From assembly GCA_002633005.1 (NCBI GenBank), contig NMRA01000367.1:43818-107352 (forward strand): 63,535 nucleotides of DNA. The letters run 5' to 3'. The translations under genes and the position numbers were made by a program. The stretch comes from Phoronis australis (Eukaryota > Animalia > Phoronida). Within the stretch, counting starts at the first letter, position 1. The number at the start of each line of letters is the position of its first letter. Positions 1 through 11,160 of this stretch are shown here, in pieces. A model generated the notes under the pieces. That model had not been told where the DNA came from, did no database searches, and was given only the letters and a program-made list of their open reading frames with translations.

Positions 1-1334
1 AAAAGATTTCGGTAGGTTATCTCAACAGTGCTTAGTGCATGTTTTGCTCATCCTGTGAAATGTAATATTTATACTGAAGAGTTTATCATCGCTAGTGCCT
101 GTGTCCCTCATTGCTTTTCCCAAAGAATGAACAACTAGTCATGTTAACGTTTGAAATTCTCATGCACAATATATATCACACTATTCCGAAATCTTACACT
201 TATTTTCATTGCCCAAGCACTAATCTGAAGAGTGGCCTACTAGTTATGTGGAATGCGCACAATGCATTGTTGAAGCGAGGTGGTCGTATGCCGCTGGGTT
301 TTTGTTTTCTTACTCTTTGTGAACGCAGTGCCTGTAATTCGCATTTATTCCTAAGTTTATGCAATCATTTTAAATTACAAAACATGAAACCCTGGAAACC
401 GGTGGGGCAGTTAAATTTTGACATCGACAATATATACGTGTCATTTGAAGTAGTAGCCCGTTGTAGGGTGCCACGACCAAAAATATGGGTACACATCACA
501 CGTTTAACCACAAACAACAAGTGAAAGAGTTACTTTTTCAGGTAANNNNNNNNNNNNNNNNNNNNNNNNNNNNNCATTTTTTCTGTGCCAGTTAATTTAG
601 GTACACAGCAACTGAAAAAATGGATAAATCACGTCATTTTAAATCTCCATATCGCTCCGTTATGGCCACTTCGACTTGAATGGATTTTGGCTCTTTCAAA
701 CACTCCACCATGCTCTATTTTTTGAAGTTCGTTAACGAAAACGCGTACCAGGATATAAGGTTCGTGCCCTCCCCTCGAGTTTTAGTTGGCAATTTTGACA
801 TGAAGATGATGGTGATATTTATGCGTTCCTTGACGAGAATTCCAGCAAGTCAAGTTTTGCCTAATTCAGCATTTCATTCATTTTTATACCGTGTGTGGTC
901 GCTGGCAAAATAAGATACCATCAAGATTTTAGTCTAGATGTTTCCTAACTCGGTTTTTGGCCATAACACTAGTTATAGGAATCTGATTATGAGCGCGCAA
1001 GAGAAGACGGAACATATTTGCGACGTTTCGTTACTCAAGTTAATGAGCCCAAACGTCAGAAATATTTGTTTTCTCTTTCTCGCTTATAATGATTTTCAAG
1101 GGTTTCCGTTATTCAATTTCGGCAAGGTCGTCGCTTTCTCGCAAAACTACTGATTGGATGATCAATTACGCACTTATTTGCTCTCCGTTTTAATGTTGAT
1201 CATCGTCAATACACCTCCAAAAATTGCACATCGTCTTTGCGCAAACTACATTGAGATTTAAGTCTCCCGAAAAAAGTTGACGATCGGATAGTGTTTAAAA
1301 GTCTACTTCTAAATTTCTCCAGTTAGTGCACAAA

Positions 1335-1497
1335 TGAAGTAAAAGAAAGTAGTTCTGCTTGTCGCGTCAGCTGTTGGTATCATTATCTCGATTTATGACC
1401 CACAACGCGTGACTGGACAAAGCCTTTTCAAATTAGCCGGTGGAGCGTGAGACCCCTGAGGTCCCAATCGAGTCCTCACGACAACTTCGCGTTATGG
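1335..1497 (+). repeat. Partial LTR-like direct repeat, homologous to ~16405-16579
   Basis: Aligns by eye with the 3' half of the LTR at 16288-16579 (agtagttct..ctg..ggtatcattatc..gactgg.caaag.cttttcaa..tggagcgtgagaccc..cctcacgaca..gttatgg); diverged. Confidence 0.6.
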
Positions 1498-1499
1498 GA

Positions 1500-1688
1500 G
1501 CCAATTGAGGCCAGTGCAGGCCAGTGCAGGCCATTGGAGGCCCGTGGAGGCCATTGGAGGCCCGTGGAAGCTAGTGGAGGCCAGTGAAGTCCAGTGGAGG
1601 CCATCGGAGGACTTTGGAGGCCAGTGGAGGCCAGCAGAGGCCAGTTCATGTCAGTGGAAGCCCCTGGTGGCCAGCGGAGGCTATTGGA
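1500..1688. repeat. ~10-bp minisatellite (GAGGCCAGTG-like)
   Basis: Degenerate decamer repeats ending at the N at 1689; accounts for the low-complexity ORFs at 1476-1895 and 1505-1720. Confidence 0.85.
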
Positions 1689-1689
1689 N

Positions 1690-2998
1690 GTGTTGTGGTC
1701 GTCATTGTAGTTGGCGTTGACGACATGGTGGACACTGGCACAACAACTGATGAGGATTTCACTTGACCTCGAGATGACAGATAAGTCTTCCTCTTGCCCT
1801 GTGACGTTGAAGGACCAAATTCCTGAAAAGCCTAGATGTACAAAAATAACAGAGTTGATATATCTGTGAATTGGTGAACAAAATACAGTATTCATTTACA
1901 TATTTTCAAAATTGCACTAGAATTTTCGCACCGTGTTTTACAAAAAACTGTACAAAAAGGTAATGACCAAGGAAGGACCCCACTGCAAATTTCTATATCA
2001 TCCCCTGCGGTAAATGTAGCTTGAGAAAAGACTCCTCAAATGTCTTGTGAAAACATAAATGATAAAATCATGCAATAAATCAATACCCATTTACCCATTA
2101 GTACATAGAAAAAATCTTCATCAGTGTTCACTCATCATGCTTGGGCGTATCTGATGTTTCGTGAAAATAAAATGGCCCGTACCCAACAGACATTTCAATG
2201 ACAGTGTTTCCATTCCTATCCTCACTGTGCCTTGAGCTCAGACAAGAAACAAAACGTCTCTCAGAGAAAGGAAGTAAACTTGAAGTCTAGGTAAACATAT
2301 GAAGATTGAATTACACATGTATGGGTGGTTTTAGTTATACAAGTGACAATTTAGATTGACATGTCTGCGTAACATGTTAGTAAAAATGATAGTAAAAATG
2401 ATAAACTTCGACTTCCGCTGAGTGAAATGGCAACCGTAATTCAAAACAAAAAAACTGACTTCGTTTTACGTTCCTCAGACACGGCCTGTTGTCTTTTGAG
2501 CTTGTCAGCAACTGATCCACGTTTCTTTGCCTCCTTCCTGCCGAACGCAAACACACTAGGCACAACATCTGACTTCAGCCTCGGTTGCTTTTTCTGCCCT
2601 GGCATGAGCTGTTTGGCGAGCCGGGATTCGCCAGTGAAATCACTGTCCAGGAAATGCCGGGCACAGACACGGAGATGTTTCACGCCCTCGTACTTGGTAT
2701 GAACGCCGTAGTTTTCATTTTTCACTGCTGCGAGGAACTTCCTTAGCATTTCGGGCTTTCGAGGAAATTGAAAAAACGATGTACCCGCTTTCCTCGCCGC
2801 TTCATTGCTCGAACAGGCGGGAACGACACACCACACCGTGGCGGATATCACTCTGCATATGAACTACTGACGTCGCTGCGGACTTTCTCACCTTCCTCAC
2901 ACCTCTCGGCAAGGTAAGATCGACTGTGTACGAGCCGATGTGGCCCCAGACCGATTAAGACGGTAAAAAAGACTAATTAATTCGGATGGCATGCTCGT
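1690..2998 (-). mobile_element. 5' part of a THAP-encoding Kolobok-like DNA transposon
   Basis: Terminus ...ggatggcatgctcgt|TTAA (2999-3002) matches the end at 29546 (gggtggcattctcct|TTAA); THAP ORF inside; other end lost at the N gap. Confidence 0.65.
2441..2851 (-). CDS. THAP zinc-finger domain (transposon-derived first exon)
   Basis: CVVPACSS...FFQFP...RVCARHF...RLKSDVVPSVF: C2CH THAP signature with AVPT-like tail. Confidence 0.85.
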   Translation of the reverse strand: MISATVWCVVPACSSNEAARKAGTSFFQFPRKPEMLRKFLAAVKNENYGVHTKYEGVKHLRVCARHFLDSDFTGESRLAKQLMPGQKKQPRLKSDVVPSVFAFGRKEAKKRGSVADKLKRQQAVSEERKTKSVFLF

Positions 2999-4106
2999 TT
3001 AAGGTGAACACGTAAAGTCATGAATTTGAGGCTTTTTGCGAGACGTATGGGATGAAACACACCATCAGGAGCCCCGGTATCCCCAAGGGAACGCAATGGC
3101 GGAACGCACTATTCTGTCAGTAAAAAATCTGTTAAAGAAAGCGATGACGTCGGGAGGTCGACTGTGCACAAGCCGATGTGGCCCCAGACCGATTAAGATG
3201 GTAAAAAGGACTAATTAATTCGGATGTTATGCTCGTTTAAGGTGAACACGTAAAGTCATGAATTTGCGACTTTTTGCGAGACATATGGGATGAAACTCAC
3301 AATCAGGAGCCCCGGTATCCCCAACTGAACGCAATGGCGGATCGCACTATTCTGTCAGTAAAAAATCTGTTAAAGAAAGCGATGACGTCGGGAGGTCGAC
3401 TGTGCACAAGCCGATGTGGCCCCAGACCGATTAAGATGGTAAAAAGGACTAATTAATTCGGATGTTATGCTCGTTTAAGGTGAACACGTAAAGTCATGAA
3501 TTTGCGACTTTTTGCGAGACATATGGGATGAAACTCACAATCAGGAGCCCCGGTATCCCCAACTGAACGCAATGGCGGATCGCACTATTCTGTCAGTAAA
3601 AAATCTGTTAAAGAAAGCGATGACGTCGGGAGGTCGACTGTGCACAAGCCGATGTGGCCCCAGACCGATTAAGATGGTAAAAAGGACTAATTAATTCGGA
3701 TGTTATGCTCGTTTAAGGTGAACACGTAAAGTCATGAATTTGCGACTTTTTGCGAGACATATGGGATGAAACTCACAATCAGGAGCCCCGGTATCCCCAA
3801 CTGAACGCAATGGCGGATCGCACTATTCTGTCAGTAAAAAATCTGTTAAAGAAAGCGATGACGTCGGGAGGTCGACTGTGCACGAGCCGATGTGGCCCTA
3901 GACCGATTAAGACGGTAAAAAAGACTAATTAATTCGGATGGCATGCTCGTTTAAGGTGAACACGTGAAGTCATGAATTTGCGACTTTTTGCGAGACGTAT
4001 GGGATGAAACACACAATCAGGAGCCCCGGTATCCCCAACTGAACGAAATGGCGGAACGCACTATTCTGCCAGTAAAAAATCTGTTAAAGAAAGCGATGAC
4101 GTCGGG
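2918..4106 (+). repeat. 238-bp tandem repeat, 5 units
   Basis: Near-identical ORFs start at 3036, 3274, 3512, 3750 and 3988 (period 238). Unit = Kolobok-like terminus + TTAA + Gypsy integrase fragment. Confidence 0.95.
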
Positions 4107-4319
4107 CCAAGACCCCAAACTTGCGCTACTTACCTTTCAATCAACACCGCTTTCAAATTCTTTGCCGTCACCCGCCGAACTTGTACAAGCAAGTAGATTG
4201 CGTACCTAACTGCCGACTACGCGTCGCTCGCACTAACACAGTGATAATGACCATGGTGGAGTAAAAACTACACTAAAGGAACGGCAGGACGTGCAAAAAT
4301 ATTACTACGATCAGAAATC
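3965..4319 (+). pseudogene. Ty3/Gypsy integrase fragment (core C-terminal half)
   Basis: SHEF..F...YG..H / YPQ.N..AERTI..VKNLLKKA..GQDPKLALL.FQSTPL...LPSPAEL...RLRT.LP...KERQ..QKYYYD, with frameshifts and stops. Confidence 0.85.
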
Positions 4320-4320
4320 N

Positions 4321-4445
4321 GGCAAACACCGTCCACTGACTCACAAACACGGGAACGGACTCACAAAACACGATCCACGCACCCAAATACACGGGACACG
4401 GACTCATATTCACGAGGAAACACGGTTAACGGACCGCCAAACACG
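4321..4445 (+). repeat. Left TIR of element A (truncated by gap)
   Basis: Inverted match to 15929-16053; repeated ACACGG/GACTC motifs continue to ~4490. Confidence 0.9.
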
Positions 4446-4796
4446 ATCCACGCCGATAAAGCATGCCATAAACACGGGACACGGACTCATCGCCTTCCTA
4501 GGTCAGCCTCAAGATGGCGTTAATCTGCTTAGCGATCAGCGCTCTCTTGAGGCTTGCGGACGAGGATGCTTCCTAAGTAAATAGCGCGAAATAGTGACAA
4601 TAACTACGCAGAAAGTGAATTGATTAATCTTCAACTATTTGGCAATACCTTCACTTAAAAAGCTTGATTTTAATAAAAAAATACAAAATGAGCTAACTTT
4701 CATATAAGACAAATATTTCAAGTCATATGATGCTATAATCCTTTTCTATGTTCTTTTTAATGCGCATTGACATTATTGTAAACAGGCATAAACAGC

Positions 4797-6257
4797 ATGG
4801 CGAGCGTGAACAACGAAAAGATATTACCAGAAGCCTTTACTCAAGAGTTCTTTTCCATTTTAAACGAAACACGTAAGTTTTTACATCATGTTTGTTAATT
4901 CAATCGATCGCAAGTTTGGTGTCTGCGTGAAATTCATTGAAATTGCAGCATGTTCAATAACTCTTGATTTCTATAAACAATGACAAGTGAGTCGTGAAAT
5001 GCAAAAATTCCGGGAAAATATGTCAGCTGATCTCTTGTGGATCGGCGTCTGTCACGGATTTACTGGTACTGCAAGCAAGTACTCTTAACATCACATATTG
5101 CAAGTGGCTACTCTACCGTTAATATTTATGCAGCTCTTACTTTGCTGTATGTGTATGATCACTCAGAACTTTTTTTTTCAGCAGACAGTGTTATGCAAGT
5201 AGAAACCCGTGATCTAGAAAGAGGTAAGCAGTCCTGATAACTTTTTAGTGCTACTAATGTTCCCAACGACAGAAACCTTCAACTAAACAAAAGTTGTAGG
5301 TCTCGTAATTTATTGTTGTTTAAAAAACCGGTAATTGCACTTGATTTCTCTAAAGGTTTGGTATCCCAGGCAACATGACATAGTAGGTTAGGGCAAAAGC
5401 AGCGGAAATACTTGCAATAAATACACTAAATTAGGAAATGAATGCTTATAAAGATCTTTATATTGTATTGTATTTTTCAGTAGACAACGTGACACAACAT
5501 GACATTAGCCATTCTACTGAACAGCCCCCAGCACCCCACACAGACACAATTGCAGGTAAGACAACAGTTCACCATGGTCAACTTCCTAAAGTTTGCCTTT
5601 GGAATTCTGTTCAATGTCTCAAGTTTTGTGCAATTCAAAAAGGGCTATACCACTCAAATAGTACCTATGATAAGGTGGTGAATTGCTAATGTTGTGCTTT
5701 ACATTTCAGCCAACTTAGACTGTGAATTTTGTGAGAAGTCCTTTAGCTGTAGAAGCTCTCTGAACAGGCACAAGAGAGTGCACATCAACGCTCAAGGATA
5801 CAGTTGCAATGAATGTGAAATGAAATTCCACACACAAGTCAAAGTCGACGACCACAACCGAACGGTGCATGGTGCACCCAAATTACTCTGTGGTCGTTGT
5901 CCAAAGAAATTCATGACTGTTGACGGAATACGTGAGCACCAACACCTCCACTCACCAACAAAATACTATTGTCCAACATGCGGCATGGATTTCAATACAA
6001 AAAGAAATTTATCACGCCACATCTCCGCCCACACTCCACAACTGAAGTGCAAGACTTGTGACTGCAGCTTCATGACAAGGCAGCACTTGGAGTGCCATGT
6101 CTTGGCAATGCACACCAATACTGCCTCTTTCAAGTGTGACAAGTGCAGTTTTTCTACAAAGCATTTGCGGTCCATTCAGCGTCATGCACTTGGCCACGCT
6201 GAAACAAGTGCTTGTGTTCAAAGTGTGGGAAAGGATTTAAACGAAAGGAGTATGTAA
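4797..6257 (+). CDS. Spliced multi-C2H2 zinc-finger gene carried by element A (exons 4797-4872, 5182-5223, 5481-5555, 5710-6257)
   Basis: GT-AG phase-1 introns join in frame; six C2H2 fingers; a seventh finger (CSKCGKGFKRKEYVNKHERRC) lies in another frame after ~6205. Confidence 0.85.
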
Positions 6258-9200
6258 ATAAGCATGAGCGAAGATGTAAAGGAAAAGAGGAGACTTGGAG
6301 TGTGGAAGTGAAAGTAGCGATTGTGTAAATACCTGTTTTGTGTTATAAATATCCATTTTGTTAGTATCTATACTCAAGTGTACAGTAGGCTAGATTAGAT
6401 CAGAGTTATGTTGATTGCTATAGTTTATAAACATATTGAAGATATTACACGTTTTTGTTATGAATACTTATATGGCTGCTGATGTGTATGGTTTTAAAAC
6501 TTAAGACAATTCTACATTTTCAGTGGAGGTATCTGCCATTACACTTTGGACCATTTTCACTTTCCAATTGAAATATATTCTAATGTAAACCTTGCATTTA
6601 CCGGGGTACCTGATAATCCAATACTCTTTTTTGACACATCTCATTCTTAAAAACATTTGGCAGTCTTTAACTATTCACATCGTTGCTTAAATCTAATTAA
6701 TTTGACCAAGCGACCACAGAGATGAGGAATTGGCGTGCAAGTTCCAGTTGAATGAAACAATTTATTATTGTTGAACTCGTGTTGTCAATCATAGGTACAT
6801 TGTATATAAATCTTGAACTAGCATGGAAATAAATCACAAACATTTCTGGTGTACATGCAACCTGTTGACCTAATCTACTGACCTTTTGAACATAGCATAA
6901 AGATTTCGGACCAACCAGTCCAAAAAACTAACTAGAATGTCCCAAAATGTGAAGAAAGGGCCACTTCCATAACTTGCATATTCCAGAAGACCTCAAAAAC
7001 AACTATTCAAGTACATCATAATGATTGTAATCACTTAAGTATATTAGGCGTTGTTGAACTAGATAGTTCCATTCGTACAAGGGGGTTAAGTTCCCCTTCC
7101 TTGACCTTGTGATATGTCCGTACTCCAGTAACTCCTTTGGCTGGGTCATGAAGGCCTGAGATCCCGGTTGGTTTTTTGGGAACACGACGTCTTCTGTGAC
7201 GGCTGTCAAATAAATGATCCTGCAAATGAGTAACATAATTAATCTTTCTTTATACTTTCAGCCAAACGCATCTTCCTGAAAGCATAATGTCGGACACATG
7301 AGCAACTATCATTGTCAGGATAACTCCTTACAAACTGGTTGTAATTAAAACTGTACAGTACACTGTACCAAAAAACATTTAAGTGATGGTGGCAGAATGC
7401 AGAAGCAAGTTGCATAGATAAATTCAAATTTGTTGTGCTATGAGATGGTAATACACCACTTGTCTTGCTATACAAAACATTTTGTTGAAAAAATGTTAGT
7501 GCTTGTGCATGCTTACATTGCAGGTGGTATTTCAGTAAAAAAAGTTGTTCGTGAAACACCCTTGAAATATATTGAATGAATTATCCTTTTTTGTTTGTGT
7601 TCGGAAAAAAGGCGATTTAGTGTGGATGAAGTTGAGAATAACCCTTGGATGTGGTAGAGGGCCGACATCCTGTTCCAGGACTTTCTCGGGGTATACTGGA
7701 GCACACGACAGGTGTAGGGGAAATTCCCTAAAAAGCAAAAAAAATGATTTAAATTACCACATTCAAGCGTTTGCGAAGTTATAATTTGTGCAAGCCCTCA
7801 TGGCACAATGGAACAGCTATCTCAAACTCTATTTTTGCCACTGAGATCAATTTAACAAAAAATAAGCTATACAATGTTTCTTTCCATTTCTAAAACTAAA
7901 AATATCAATGGCAACCATATACACACTTATACACAACTTCAACAATACTAACCTTCCTGGACCTAATCGAATGAGCGCCTCCCCAATTACTTTTCCCAGA
8001 TAAGTCTCTAGTGTTACACAGCTCGGGGTTCCATTGTGGGATGAATTGCAGAGTAGCTAAGCTTGAGAACAACCCCTCACAAGGCTGGGTTCCAATTGCT
8101 CGTTGATTGTAAGTTCCTCTCCTAGCAAGGCCATACAGTAAAATATCACCATCAATAGCTGCTATAAGCGACTCCCACAGCTGTTTTGGATAACCTCCAA
8201 CGTAGCTTCCAACAGGGGGGAAGGAGTGAACGTCTACCAGATTAGTCAACATCTTTCGGTACCTGGAAACACGACAAAATATAATAAATGAAAACGCCCT
8301 ATCTACTTCCACATAACATGCTATGCTCGCCATGAACTAGCCAAACAAAAATACTAGTTGAAACAAAGTCCAATTCTGCAAGACAAGGGAAAGTCAAAAA
8401 GCTTACTTAAGTTTCATTTCACAGCGACGTAAAGCAGGAATTGCAGCATCATCACACGCCATGAACCACTCTCTAACCTGAAAGGAAAAAGGAAATCGTT
8501 AGTTGACTTCATATGTACATTGAACAGCATTATATGATGGTTTAGAACAGAAATTGTGCCTGACTCGCCATCACATAAGTTAACATTCGGTAACTTGTTG
8601 CTTTGGTGCAGCCCAAAGGCATTTGCATAATTTGTCACCTTTAGTGTTGTGTCGTGATGACTAAGCAAGGATCGATCATGGCATGAAGAACAATGATTTC
8701 CAAGACTGAAAAGATTGAAAAATTAAAAACTGTTTAATTTAGTTTTGCATGATGGAAAAACTGTTAAATTTCTATGTAGATTCACCAAGAATTGACCTGT
8801 TGGTTTTTCTTCCAAAGATGACTGAAGCTACAGAAGTGTACAGGAAGTGACTTTACTGTTACTACGTATGTTAATTGTTTTTTGTGTTAACTCTAAGAAA
8901 ATTGTTTTACCAGTTGCCTCATGACGTGAAGTCTTCTTAACTTAAGTACCGAAAACACCAAAAAAGTAGTCGCAACCTTTAAAGTAGGAAAAAAGTACTC
9001 ACCCTTTCGCACAGTTCAGCACTCCCAGCATAGCCTTTGTTCTTTAATTGCTGCTGAACATCTTCACCAAATGTCAGCAAACTGAGATCAGTAGATTGCA
9101 TATCCAGGTTGTCCTCCATCATCCCCACTTTAAGTCGAGTCTTTCTTTCACTAGCAACTTCCAAAAATTCACATCGTTTACCACCAGCTAGATCACGCTT

Positions 9201-10559
9201 ATTCAATGCAGCCCGAGTTCTTGTCAGTAAATGGGTGGTGTCAATAAGACGAACTTCTAACTGGTTTCTGTTATTGACATACTGAGGACAATAATGCCGC
9301 TGCAGTGGATAGAATTCTTCCAGTCCTGCAATTATGATTTTCGTCAAAGGGGAGAGTCGCATTCCAGTCTGAGACTACTTCTATGAATCTCCACTCAGCA
9401 AAACTGATGTTTAATGCAGCCTTTGGATAGCTTTTCCCCATCACCACTTTCGTAGCCATTGCCATGAGTTTCGGGGGTGTTTTTCTCTTACTTGTCAGGT
9501 AGTCCCCAGACAGTCGTAATTTTTCAGCAATGGTACTGACAAGTGTAATTTTTTTTGATTGCCAATCACAACATGTAGCGCATTGCCTACAGTAACCAGC
9601 TCTGGCACTGTTAAACGTTGTAGAGAAGGAATATTGGTGAACAAAAAGGACATCTAATCATGTGATTTTTCTCGATACTTCATGTGAGACTGCTTAAGTG
9701 CCAAAATTGCATGAAGAACACCTGTTGTGTCTACTCCGTCTTCCGCATCTTGTTCTTGCTGCTGTTGGGTAGTTGCTGTGTCCATGGCAGCCAGCATATA
9801 TATTATCTCCTCTGCAGCATTATTATCGGTGGATATTACTTGTGGAGTCAGTCGAGGCTCATCATAGGTGGAGTTTGCGCCACAGGCAGGCAATCTGTGA
9901 ATCGCAGAACTTGGCAAGCAAAAATTATCCTTGAGTTTAACAGTGAAACTTCCCCACTCTCTGGTAATGACGTAACATTCATAGTTCAGTGTCTTGAACT
10001 CGACCAGCATTTTTTGCTTAGACAGGCTGCGTACTTCTTGCCAAAAGTCTCTCTGAAGTTGTGTCAATGTCATTGGTCTCCCACGTAAATCCCTACTTAA
10101 AAAATTAACAAAGGCTCCGTCGAAACTAACAACTGGTACATGAATGCCATCAGCATAGAGTTTATCTAGAAGATCCTCGAGGATTTTACGCATAATCTCG
10201 ATGGGCAAACTGTACCCTTTGAGCATGTAGCAGACGGGTGCTCCGAGGATTCTGCTCTCCTGGTTAACCCTATCAAGATCACTTAAGACAAAAGCAACCA
10301 TTTCGGTGGCCTTGTGCCGCAACAATTCATAGGTCTTCTTTAAGTTTTCTTCAGCTACATCAAACACTGTACAGTCCAATTCGCATGGTGTCAGGTCAAG
10401 GTCAGGTGGTTGGATGTATGCATCAGTAGGTACACGATACTGTTGTACCTGTTTACTTTCTCTGCAAACATGAACCGACTTCAGTTCAGCTACAAGCTGG
10501 CAATTGTCCTTTACCCTCTGTTTGATCAGGGCGAACAAGATCTTTGACGTTGGTGTTAA

Positions 10560-11160
10560 ACATATGGGTTTCTTGGCATCTTTCTTGTAAATGAGGCCAA
10601 TCTCGGAAACAGCCATATCCCAAACTTCCTGGTCAAATTCAATTCGAAACACTCTTGTCGTGTGTTCACGGAAGGAAACGAACAATGCACTGGTTGACTG
10701 AGAGTGCCACCACCTCGGCTTGAATTTGAAGATAGTATTGCGCTGGCACTGTAACATGATGTCTCTCCAAAAAGTACGGACATTTTATCTCTAAGGCAGC
10801 GATCGGAACACCATTTTCTTTCAAACAACCATCTGGAGAACTTATGGTGGACACTCCATCCAGGGTCATGGGTATGCCGCCTACTTCAAATAACTCCCAC
10901 TTTGGTTCAAAAACAGGCAAATACTTTGTGCACACAGTTGCAATTGCACAATTTTCATGTAAATTCCCATGCTCCATTGCCTGCCGAACTTCAAGTGACG
11001 GTTCTTCACGCGCTTTACCTAGAATCTGTTGTTCAAAAAACGCCTTCTGCTTTTTCAGTGAATCTCCGCCTAGTGCCTCAAATAGCCTGCTACCAGTGAG
11101 GGTGGCTTTACTCCTTGCCTCTAACCAAGCACTTGATCTCTGCTTTATGAAGGCAAGTCC
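10560..11160 (-). other. YqaJ / lambda-exonuclease-like PD-(D/E)XK domain within the transposase
   Basis: KQRSSAWLEAR...LTGS...AMEHGNLHE..A...SSPDG...LEIKCP...YYLQIQAE...FVSF. Confidence 0.9.

Noticed and set aside
111-1310. Short ORFs at the window start
   Set aside because: No recognisable motifs; probably non-coding repeat sequence
1476-1895. 139-aa ORF with LHWPPLAS repeats
   Set aside because: Translation of a decamer minisatellite across an N gap
2918-4106. CRISPR-like array or repeated small peptide genes
   Set aside because: Whole 238-bp units repeat with no unique spacers; the ORFs are frameshifted Gypsy integrase pieces
4291-4584. His/Thr-rich ORFs here and at 16035-16232
   Set aside because: Read-through of the repetitive TIRs
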